A stretch of DNA of 64,000 nucleotides from assembly GCF_964204865.1 (NCBI RefSeq), contig NC_135264.1:1240001-1304000 (forward strand), read 5' to 3'. The position numbers and the translations under genes were made by a program. The notes under the pieces were generated by a model that had not been told where the DNA came from, did not search any database, and worked only from the letters and a program-made list of their open reading frames with translations. Position 1 is the stretch's first letter. Every line of letters begins with the position of its first letter. This document shows positions 13,335 through 26,100 of this stretch, piece after piece. The stretch is from Styela clava. Taxonomy: Eukaryota.

Positions 13335-16300
13335 TAATAGCTTATCGGTTGCGTCTTTTTCGGTCAACCACGTTTGTGGACGCATTGCGCCACAGCTTGA
13401 GAAGACGTGTATCGGAAATTCAATGATATTTATGATGGCGTTTATTTCAAATACGAAGCGATATGCAAGTTTTTACATTCATTTTTGTTTATTTTTAACC
13501 TATTTAATACGAAAAAAAACAGATAATAAAACCATTATATAAAAGAGGCAGATAAAAACTCGGTTTAATTAAAACAATTGTTTTTAAACAATTGAATTTG
13601 TATTAATCCCTCATCGGTTAATCCCTCAATTGGTTAATTTCTGGCCCAAGCCTTGTTTAACAAGATTTGTGTTTTTTTTTTGTGAATGTGTGTTGGTGAG
13701 CGCGCACATAATACTCATCTTGTTTTAAACTTTTTTAAAGGTTTTGCTCACTCTCCAGAATTCTCCATTTTTAATTTGTTTGTATTGTCAGATTGCGGAG
13801 TTTCCTAATAAACTATCTATCTAATGTTTCTGAGTACAATATTATTAATTTATTCAATGACTCGGATGTATTTGCTGCTCTGTATTAATATTATATTTTA
13901 TTAATGCTGTTATTGCTTCTTTGGACAGTTACAAAAATAGCTAAGTCAGTGCTTAAAATACGAATAGCTCGTGGAGCACTCAGGTTTCTCTTCTATTTTC
14001 CATACCTACCTTCAATCCTGGCCATATCGGGTCTCTCTCTAGAAACAGAGGGAAACCATGCACCTTCACTAAAAAGATGCAGACCAGAATTTTTTTACGT
14101 AGCGGAAGATAATCATCCACCTCATTTTAGATCACCAATAAAACGATATTAATTTAAACATAACACAGTTAGCTTTTAACAGTTAACTTTTCAATTCTTC
14201 AAACATTCCAATAATTCTCTGCAGGTACAAAAGAGACAAACCTGCGGTTGCCATACTGCTCTGTTACTTGAACAGTTTATACATAAAAATAGTTATACAT
14301 ATTGACAACAAGACTTTATACGCAAACGGGCAAAGTATCCACGACATGTGTTGAATTCAGTTTTAAAGTAAATGAGTTGCCCATATCATTAATGTCCAGT
14401 TAGGTTTTTTTGGTTATTTATTAATTTAAAAAAAAAAAACTTGTCTTTTTACGCCTCCATTTGGCATTTTGATAACTTAATGGCAGTGCAGTTAACGTTA
14501 GGTGTTCAATAATCGCAATGAATATATAATACCCGTGATATAACAATATAGAGCAGTTTTCATTTCCCTGTCGTAACTAGTGAATCAGAGATAAATTGAA
14601 TGCTACGTTATAAAGAAAAAGAAAATCGTAATATAAAATAAATATTAATTGCTTCCATGCTGCATTACCGGGACATTTAAATCTACCGAGCGGGGCGCTG
14701 AAAAAGTTTGTCAACGCCGACTGTCCCGGCTAAACCGGGACCTTTGTCGAGAAATAGAATTTGAAACAACACTCTGTTACGCTTCATGGCAAAGACATTT
14801 CAGTTGAAACTTTGGATTGATACTTCCGTTAAATGCGCCATTCTAGTGTCAGAAGACCTTGATTTCCTTTACTTTCTCTTTCCTACACGTACGCAATGGG
14901 GATATGGAATACACGTGCATAGGCATTTTCGGTTATAGGCCTCAATTAGCTTTATTAAAAGATTACAAGGAATATTATGATAATAATCGTTGCCGATGCG
15001 TGAGTTCTTTACAATTTTACTTATGGTGATGCGCCAGAAGCTACTGTCGGAGAACCAAAATTAATAATTTGTATTTTGTATGACCGTCAACACGTGACAG
15101 AACACACCAAACGTATCGACCAAATAATCGTTCATTTTTAACGATGCGTGATTGCCGATACGCTCTATTGGCGTTTATAAAAGCATGGCCTCTGGAGAGA
15201 TTCGGACGTAAATAGGCATACTATTTATTTTAAAATATTTTGAAGTAAATTGCCGCTTACAAAAACGTATCCGTTCTCTCCCGCAGATCAACTCCGCTGT
15301 TCGAATTGTAGCGGCAGCGTTGTATTTGTGGCGGCATAATCGTAGTATGTAACGCCATCCATGGGAAGGTTCTCATTTTGTCAAACTTTATCGACATAGT
15401 ATATAAGCTCGTCTACAAAGATGAAGTGCGTTACACCGCAGTGGCAATAAAGCAGCAGCTTGCTTACATTAAATTCCTTAGGTGCGGTTTATATTTAGAC
15501 GTTGTATGAGTTATATTATATATATCTGACAAGGCTTGTCGATACTTGGGTGGGGTTGTTATGCTTATTCGCCACACGTTGGTGTCGTAAAATTGCAGGG
15601 AATTTCAAAGCAATTTTAGACAGCAGAATAAAGACGGGGTTCATAAAATGGTATTTGCTTTGGTACTTCGATAGACGCCGTATATAAACGTGAAAAGCGA
15701 ACACTGGACGTCGTACCACGTGCTACAGGAGTGCAGCTTGGCCACCTTTTGCATCAGCGCTTGGAATATATTTTTTAGTCTGCCCCTACCAAACGAGTCA
15801 TACAATAACATTTCATAATTTTCGGTAAGCACTGCATTATGTGGTATTGGGTTTCGTTATCATATTGAAAACCGACACCGCATATTGATCTATTACGTTG
15901 ATTTCGTGACGAATGAATGAATGCTTTTGATGAGGTTACTCGAGTTCATTTGTACAAGTGTTGATCGCACTCAAGCACATATATATTGTTACCGATGCGT
16001 AACTCAAAGGTGTGCGCTCGGTTATTGACTGTTTTTGTCAATTTGTGTATTGGAATCGCAGAATAAAAATTTCAGTTTCCAACTCATTTATGCACTAAAC
16101 CTAAATCAGCCGGAATTCATCATTCATATCCAGTTACCTTATGTTATGTCAAAAATTATGCGGCATCCTGAAAGTGAAATGTACATGGCGTACTAAAATG
16201 ATTTGGTAAAAACACGGAACTAAAGAACTCGGTCATAGCGTGCAGGTTGATTTCCTGATCTGTGACTGGTGGTCGAAATTCCATTGAACACGATCCACCT

Positions 16301-17014
16301 TGATGCGCTATTACCAAACCTCGCGCTGTTTATATCTTCTGTTAATATTATCTCTAACTATTTGATAAATTCGCCTGATCGCTACGCGAAAAATAACTTA
16401 GACGCCTCGCCATGTACTTATCAAAATTTACTCTTGATACTTTTATTGAGCGAGGTAGCTTCCTGGTATATAGAACTTTTGATATGTTATTGCATGACGG
16501 CGGCAGAGTTTATATTGCACAGTTTATCGATCACCCACCTACTACAATGAAAGACTGTAAATAGTACAGTTGACTAAGGAAGTAACGCTTGATCCAGCGT
16601 AACTACATACAACATTGCTTCGGGCGATTATGAGTTTTAACGCAGGGTGTTAAATGAGGATTACTACATTTTCGTCTAATGGCTTCTGTGAAAATATTCG
16701 TAAACCATTGCTCGTAAAATAAAGGAAGGTTGATATTCGACCATAGCAGCACTTTGATAACTAGAACTCGATCGGTGTAACGTCTATTTTACTCCGTTCC
16801 CATCGTCTGCGTAAGTAAATAGCTTTTTGTTTGTATTTTCCAGTTTCGATAAAGAATTCTGATTCAACAAATGAGAGTAGAATTTACGTCCGGGTAGCAT
16901 AAGATTGTTTCGTTGCAAAGTACGCAACAAGTTCGAGCTACTAGACTACTGACACATCAATGCATGCTCTGAAGATAATTTTTTGTGATCGAAGCCACTA
17001 CTATTAGCGTTGTC

Positions 17015-17145
17015 ATGGAAACTGCGTACGCTTGTATATGGTTTGGTAGTGTGTGCATAGTTTGGTTTCCACTGTTACCAATTTTACTTCTTTTGTCGCT
17101 GCTATGTTGTTGGTGCTGCTGTTTCCGTAGACGAAAAAAGAGTGG
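17015..17145 (+). CDS. Alternative first coding exon A1: transmembrane segment, Cys cluster and basic stop-transfer (dystonin-a2-like)
   Basis: GTCATGG start with in-frame stop upstream (16976). Encodes [44 protein letters not shown]. Donor GG|GTGAGT at 17146 is phase 2 and matches the next exon. Too short for the ORF track. Confidence 0.8.
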
Positions 17146-20100
17146 GTGAGTTGATGTAACTTAATTTTGTATTCGTTTTTTACGCAACTTAAATTAAATG
17201 CCCTCGTTAAAACTGCCCCCCATTTTTTTAACTACTGCTCCAAGAGTATCCAGAGTATAAGAAAAATGGAACCTATTCATAATATGTCTTTTTACGTTGT
17301 TAAATTGATATCTTTGACTTAAGAAAGAGGCATTTTGACACATTGCACTACATTTGCTAAAATTGTTAGAAGTGCAAATCAAAGTTCTTTTCCTAATATT
17401 CTCCATGGCCGTACTTTATGCTTATAGCACAATTCACAAATTTGCAAGGTTCGTTGTCAGCCACGCTTTATTAAGCTATTTATGGATATCGACTGACTGA
17501 TTGTTTCCAACAAATTATATTGTAGACCGGATGTCATAGAAGTGCAATACGAAACGCAAGAAGAGTTGGAATGGTCCATCTTCATTCAGAAATGGGCAGC
17601 ACGGTTCATTGCATGTGCAATATGCAGAGGTTAGCGAATAACAAAATTAATTTTTCCGAATGTACATAAAAACTATTCATTTACTCTTCTTGGAACGTTG
17701 CGGCTTCTTTGCAACTTTTTTAGTTATTGTTTTCACACCTCGTTCAAGTGTTGAGTTATTTATATGTTATCTATTAGGGCGTTGTATTTATTAATATAAG
17801 GTATCAACAATCCTATTGTCGCCATCAACTAGTTTAAACGCACATGGCAGTTTACCATTCCACAGAAATGCGATTAGTCACCTCTCGCGGAACGTGAACC
17901 GATCATGGCGCAATGTCACTGTCGATCAACGATTCATATCTGACAGTGAATATCTTACTTGCGTCAAGTGTGCTGCATTTCGTTTAAATCAGTATCATTT
18001 GTTTAAATAATATTATCATGATAGTGATACAGCTCTGTACACCCCCTGTGAGGCCGCATGTCAGCCAGAAAAATGCGAAACTTATTGTCCGATCATCGGC
18101 GATAGCAGCAAATTTGCGACCCACATTTCCAAGAACATTTCATTCTGATCCTTTCTTGTCGTGTCATTCTGATTTTCCCGTGTCGGCTTTGATAGTACTT
18201 ATCGCCGCTGTATAATAATTAGTGAACAATAACTTCGCTACTGGCTTCGACATTTGTTGTCTTTTTTCTGTTTTTATTTTTCGCTCCTACGAAAACTTCC
18301 GTCATTGCGTATACCACTAGTACGATGCGCAGCCCGTCAGTGCTGCCATCGGCCCTTAATTTGTATTTACTAGAAATTAATGCTCTAAGTACAAATAGGG
18401 TGCTGACCACCGGGACGTGTGGAATTACCCCAATATCTTAGTGCGGTGCATCATCCCGTCGAGGCGCGCCGGCGTCATGTTTGTTAATTCTGACCGAATT
18501 GAAAATAATGGCATCGCTACTAATGATATATGCCCACAGAAATCTTAGTAAATTTAAATGAAATACTTTATCACTCAATTTGCTGTTTTGAAATTTATGA
18601 ATCGACCCAAAAAAATGTTTATATGTATATCATAGGCACTGGAAATAAGTAAATAAATATTCATATCGGAAACATAACTACACAATTTTTACGCATTTAT
18701 CGAAAGGTGGCTGCAAATTCTCTCGTGTTCGTATGAAGCCATTCAAGCGTTTGATTCAACAACGTGCGAGTACATTTCATTCAAGTCGCACAGATCACGT
18801 GTTACTATGTATTCAAATAGTAAAACGCCACACGAATATTCCAATATCCGATTTGATATTCGAAAATTTTGCAGTAATTACAACTTGCCACAACAATTAG
18901 CTTAAATCTGAGAATCTTTGAAACTTTCGAAAAACAGTAATTCTTTGTTTTATTTTTGATGAAAATAACCATGTAAGTGTGACTAGTTACTCAGAACATC
19001 ATGAAGACGCATACACAAAATTCTTGGTCACTAGTGGACATTGTCGGTAGTCCCGATGAATCGCTGAAAGTCATAGCAATTCCAGTGTTATTTAATGAGA
19101 AAAATACACTTTAATATATAGTTTCGTTTTAGCACTGTACATTACGTACGTGGGTGGTTTGATAGCCATTAGTAATGGATTAAGCTCTAAATGATGATAA
19201 TCCAGGTATGATTTGGTCAACAGACATGATTGTATGAGAGAAACGTTAAGTTATACGGTACTTGGCACGTACTCAATTAGTCAGTTGAGTGGAGAAATAA
19301 TTGGAATTGAGTTTTTCCTTTTCTTAGATATTGTTAGAGATTATAAATTTATATTATTATTCATTCTTATTAAATAATGCCTTATTATTTCAGACTCATG
19401 GAACATACTGGGGACAGAAGAAGAAGCAAAATCAATCATATTTTCTGATATCTTCCAGGTAAATATAGGACGAGACATATGGCATCAAATTCATTTTGCG
19501 TTCTACATGCTCCATAAAGTATCTGTCACAATGGCATATATGCCTATTTATGTGCGAAACTTGCCATCCAATCGAAGCTTATGATTTTGTATTGTTAAAA
19601 TGGAGATCTACGTAAAAACAAAAATCTTTTTCATGGATGCAGGCTTATTTTGAAGAGGAATTTGAGAAAAAGAATACAATCAAGTGGAAAGACAGTGGAT
19701 CAGGTGAAGATGGTTCTGGTGTGAGAAGGCGAAATGTCGCAGAAAAGAACGAGGAAGGAGAAATCGAAGGACAGGTTCGTGTGCGATGTGTGTAGGGTCG
19801 CTTTTCTACTTTGTGCCTTTACGTTACAGGTGTTATTCGTTTTTTATCACGCGAAAAACTTACTCTTTGCAGTCTATTGCTTTCCTCGATGCCGTCGCTC
19901 AAAGTTGAAATGCTGTCCCGAGGGCAATAATATTATTATATCAGATAAATGAGCATTGGTACTTTAATCGTGAAACAACACGTTAAACGCCGATGCTTTT
20001 ATATATTACATTTATGTTTTACGGTTTAAGCTTTACAATTGTTTTGAGTATATTATTAGAAAGTTTATTATTGTCATTGCCATAAATGTACCGCTTTAAT

Positions 20101-23100
20101 CAGAAAGGTAACTACATCGGTTTTGAATAAGTTTGCGGTGATAAACGTTAAATTAGGAATTGTTCTCAGGAACAGTAATAAGATTTACTACACATCAAGA
20201 CGTGACCGCGACTGTGCGTAAATTTACATTTATTTATTTTCGGTTTTTGATTTGTAAATTACATGAGTTGCGTTTATTTTTCGATGTTATATGTTATGAA
20301 GTCGCGAATAAAAAGTAAGATTCAAAATTCGTTCATCACTAAAATTAACTTACTGTCACAACGTCCAAACCATTTTGGTATTTGAAAATGTTATGCTATA
20401 TATATATATATATATAAATGCATATGCATTAGGTCAGATATTTAGTTGTTAACCACAGGTTATTCATCATGTCAAACATTGTCGATTAATTGTTCAACTC
20501 GAGTTGAAAAGTTGAATACAATTACATCCCCGTTGTCATTTAAATGTATACATACATACCCATCGCCTCTCTACACCTCGACATTTGATATTGCGCCTAA
20601 GCTTGGGAAACCAAACCCTCTTCTTGCTCTCCTTGAGCCGTCCAACAGGACCATTTTGATAACGGGCGTTTTGATTGTTCGTCCAATGCACGACGCTATA
20701 GCGCGCACACTGCGTAAATTCTTTCTGTGGGTGCTTAAGAAAGACCTTAGGGTCTTGATATATTTTCAACTAAGTGCAACATTGGTCTGGTTTGATCAAC
20801 CATTCACTATGCATTTGAACGGGTAGTTTATCTTATGATAATGCTTGGTCATTGAACGGTATGTAAACGCAATTCGATTCTTTGACGTCAGCACTTCTGT
20901 GGTTATTCTACCACAGAAGTCAGTAAAGTAATGAATGCAAGGGTGCAGTCATTCGTAGCTATTAATAAATGACAGCAATTAGAAAGATAGCGGTTGGTCT
21001 TATCAGTGTGTATTTTTTATTATTTTATTATGGGCAGTTATACACGAGGAAGTCTTGTTTTATATATTTGGATATTTGCGTTTTGAATTCTACTTCTACG
21101 TTATTGTATCATAAGCCCTATTATGGGGATGTTTTAACATCGCATTTAGCTCGCAAATTTGTGCATGTAACAGTGATTAGAATAAATATCAACACAGTAA
21201 GAAGAAGAACCCTGAAAAAGCTAGTTGAAATAACTCCAATACGACAACACATACAAATGTTCTGTAAAATCAAATCACTCGTTTTAAAGTACAAATGGTC
21301 CATTGCGATTTGCCTGAGTGAACACCAATAATTTATTGTGTAGCTGCGCCTCCTATTAACGATATAAATCTCATGACATATTTGTACTAAACCTGGGTAT
21401 TTGATTAGATTTATTGTAAATCAGAAAGATTCCAGCAGTGTGGTATTTTGGCCTTTTCGGCTCAGGCTCATTTGACATTGCAGGCAGGCACAGGCCACAC
21501 AAGTTGCCATGTCTCATTAATGACAAGTATTCCGAGAACGCCGTAACAATTCGTGCAATGTAACTAATGAGACTTATTTGAAATTAAGCCGAGGCGCTGA
21601 TCAATTTATATATTCGATGAAATATAAAAATGATTTCACTTCATACTTTACTCTACGCCAGCAGCTCGTTACGATTTTTTAATTTGATATTTAGATATAT
21701 AGTAATAGCCAGAAGAAAAGTTAGGTAGGTATGAATAAAAATACAAATTTGAACGTACGACATTGGCGTGAAAATTCTTTTGGGGTTTTCGAGGATTTTT
21801 CCGTAACCGAGGTAAAGTGGACATCTCGTATTTTTCACGTTTCCAGACAGTACGCACCAAGACGCAAAATATGCTATCTTGAATCGTTTGACATTGAATC
21901 AACCGATGACGAAAATTGACACCGGTACCGGCACCAGTACCAGTATCGTACTTACGTAATGAGCTACCAGTACCGGTTAGCAGTCAGCCAGCATCTTACC
22001 TGTACACTGTAGGCCATATACGGTAATTGATCACAGAACAGTTGTTCCCTTGCAAATTTTATGTTATTTACACTTTAGGACAGATAATTGATCACAGAAC
22101 AATTCCTCCCTTTCAAATTTTATGTTGTTTCCAGTAGACTCTCATCAAAATAAACAAATATAGTAGGCTACAGGTGCTACAACGCTTGCATTACTGCACT
22201 GGTAGGACCGTGAAAGAATAAGTTACGGTAATTTCATTGTGGTAAGACACCGGTACCGGCACCAGTACCAGTATCGTACTTACGTACTGAGCTACCAGTA
22301 CCGGTACCGAACCTGTAGGTCTGATATTCCGTTCCGCATACGATAGGCTATAAAACTTGCATTGCAGCATTAGTAATACCGCGGAAGGAATAAGTCAATT
22401 TCACTGCGTTACGGCACCGGTATGGCAACTTACCAGTACCGACCTACAGTAGCTGTAGTACTGAGCAAGACAATCGATCGCGAAACCGCTTGAAATAAGT
22501 GTAAAACAGTGTTCCCATGAGTAAAAATAAATACCGCGAAATTTTGTATGAAATATCATATCTCATAGGATTCATATAAAATTTAAGAATAAACAAAAGT
22601 AATAGCCTTCTAGCGAAAAAATTAATCTTCAACCACTGAAAATTTCAAAGCAATTGGTCCAGTATTCGAAGAGAAAAGCGACTTTTTAAAAACGTGTCAA
22701 AGAACAAGAACAAGAACAACAAGAACAACAACAACATAATATTGAAACGATCGTTATGTCCACTACGTGTCCAATAAATACTAAGCTATTTCGTGTTGAT
22801 TCGACGAATCGACTTTTACTTGCAATGAAGAAGAGTTTGAAATAAATTTGAAATACAGGGGATTTATGTTGTTTTCTAAATATATTTCAAAAATATGTAG
22901 TTTCAGTAAGGTCAGTATTTGTGGTTGGATTGACCGCTGCGTTCGTTTCCAACATTTTCATGCGCTTTCACCCCACCTTACGGCGTGTGTCGTTGCCTGC
23001 GTAATAAAGTGCGTAGACATAAGCGACAAGCCAGTCACTATGTATATATGCTTCATATATTCGACTCTAATCTTTCGATAAAAAAATATGGAGAGAACAA

Positions 23101-26100
23101 TCGTGACGGTGATATTACAAGAAATCAAAGATACCGCGATTTACCTGTCCATGAACCCTGAGTTATATTTATTCAATCAAACAATGGATTGATATATAAT
23201 GTGTTATTCTCGTTCTCGCTGTTCTGTATGCCATAATAAACGAAATACATTACTGTACTTTTCTGAAGTAAGCAGGCAGTTCCGGGCCAGATTTAGTGAG
23301 ATACGTGTACCCAAAAAAATACCAGATATTAAAGTACAATTGGCAATACAATCACGATGGTAAAAATTACATTGAACTTTGTTGCTATCTGGTAAGTCAT
23401 AGTAATTTTACGATATTCTGAACATCGTCCTAATGTGTACTCCTTTAATAAATAAAGTAAATTTATGGCATAATTGTTACAAATCGGGCGTTGGCTCTCT
23501 TTGGGCTTATTATTAACCAAATGAGATATGAAACAAAATCTGAGACATTGTTCTTCGTAATATTTCGATTTCTTCCTAGAAAACTTATAAGAATAATTAT
23601 CTATGTAATATTTCAGTGTATTGGAAACTTGTTTTGTTCTAAGATTTTACCTCCTTTGTGTTCATTGGATTTTCAATACGTCTATTTTATTTGATGGATA
23701 TGCTGATTTTATTATATGGATGATGGCTGAGTTTCCTATCACATGACATTATATTATATGGGTAATCAGTACAATTTATCGTTTCATTATTCGCGATAAC
23801 GACTTGATTCCTTTAGCTTTTATAGCGATTTTCACATTTCACCTTCACACGCTCTTTGGTTATAGTAAAAGAGAATTGAAAGCTTCGGTTATTGTTCCAC
23901 ATCATGATTTTGTAGGCTGTGCGCCTGTATTTGAATAGGGACTTAAGCACACATTTGTCTGATGTACTCCGTTTTCATACAAGTTATGATACGTTGTATG
24001 CGCCCAAGCTAATATGCTTCAGCATTTATAACAAAGCATTTATATAGAGTCATAGTACGTACACACAGCAATTTTCGGTACTTGAAACAATCTGCGTAGG
24101 TATTTGACAAGTGTAACCCGAGTGATACCATGCTTTTTAAGTTTCGCGAGTATATATAAATGTCATATTGCAGCCCGGCCAGAAAAAAAACATTTAAGGC
24201 AGTTGAACGGTTGATTCCAGTCAAAGTGTAATGAAGTTTTATGGGTGAGGCATGTCAGTGATTGAAATCGAAGGAGTAAAGCTTGTTAACAGGAATGGAA
24301 CGCCAATTATTTTTTAACAATTTACTCATTTCGTTTTAGATATGATATGTGGTATGCGTTTGTTATGTGTCAAGAATTCTTGACAGGCTAGCTCTAAGTT
24401 GCTCAAAAACGTAACGGAAGAAAATAGTCTAGGAATAGAAAACACATGATATCACATCGACTGCTGAAAGCATGGAATCTCCAGATTCTGTTCCTCGAGG
24501 AGAAAGTCAATCCAAGGACCATCAAAATTTAAATGAGTGCGTCAATCTCGTTCTAGAATCGCAATCAGGCGTGTCGGAATCTGAAAATCTCGAAGAAGAT
24601 GTCTTTTTGAGCCAGGTCATAGATGACAACGATGACGAATTTTCCACTCCTCCCACCACCCCAACAACAACACGCCAGAAGTCAACTCCCCAAAACAATA
24701 AAGTTAAATCGCCATCAATAAGCACGATAATGAATAGAAATCAAACTACCGCATATTGGTGTTCGGATTCACCAGATTCTAAGGTAATTGAGATAATAAT
24801 TGTACTTTAACTCTGTGTTCGTGATCGTGTATTTAGATCTAGACATGTTTCTATTCTGACCTTAATCCAAAATTCAGATAATAAGTATTAGAGAAACGTA
24901 TACATTTATTATGTTTATATATAAAAAAAATTTGTGTCATGTTTTCAATAAATAAATAAAAATTAGGTACTAGAAAAAACATTAACATGACTTGACATGA
25001 AACTTTCAGATATCAATTGCTGATCAAGCAAGTGGAGTTCTAAGTGCTTTTGCTATTTCAATGCTCGAGGTACGTTATATTGTTTTGTTTAAAGCCTAAT
25101 TCAAAACATTTTGTGCACTAATCGCCGAGTCGGTGTGAAACAGTCCGCGCATCTCAAGTTATCAGGCAAAAACTACGAACTTACTAGAAATAAGATCAAT
25201 CAGTTAAAGTTGAATAATTTACTGATGACAAGACATGTGTAGTATGCGAGTTGTCGAAGTATAGATATGCAAGCATGCACTCCAAAGAGTTGACGAAATA
25301 TTCACAAAAATATTTGTCGCATTTTACAGGGTATAAAATATGACACAGCTATAATGATTCATTACTGTGCAATACAGCGGCGTTTCGATATTTTTAATTG
25401 ATGTAGAAATCATACTGAAGCTAACGGCCACATATTTGTAAGACTGAGATAACCCTATTGTGCATATTTGACTGAGCACTTCAACTTAATCTTTGCAAAT
25501 AATTTAGTTCATTGGCATGATAGATAATTTGGTAGACATAATAAATTCATGTTATATGAGGTCAAGTTGTAGTTGTCTTACTTATCAAATATATGATAAA
25601 CAAATGTACATATCTTGATACAAATCTCTGAGATATATTTTTATAAATTATTTTATTGCCTGCTATTTCAATATTGAGTGAAAATGAAGTTATGTTTATA
25701 AATATGCAATTACTTCAAATTCCACATTGGTTATTGAACACAGTAAACTCTGGGAACGATTCAATGGTTTTATTATACATAATTTCGTCTGAGATGGTGA
25801 TTGCTTTCGCAGGAGAATTTAGACATCAAATACGAATATAAATTCCCTTTTTTTTATTCATTTTTAAGTCTTGATTCTTCTCCATATCGTTTCCTGACTG
25901 TAGACCGCGAACGCTCTTGTTGAAACGTTCGTATTTCTAGATTATAAAAATATGTTAAGCCTATCCCACAATAAAGAATATACTCTATCTCTGGGACGTG
26001 TTTTCTTTTTAATACAAACAATTTGAGACGAACACCAATTTGCTCCAGCTGTAATTCGTTCAATTATTAGTGACATATTATAATGACGAACTTTCTGCAG

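Noticed and set aside
21918-22445. CRISPR-like repeat array
   Set aside because: Eukaryotic intron, irregular units, no repeat-spacer periodicity or cas genes.
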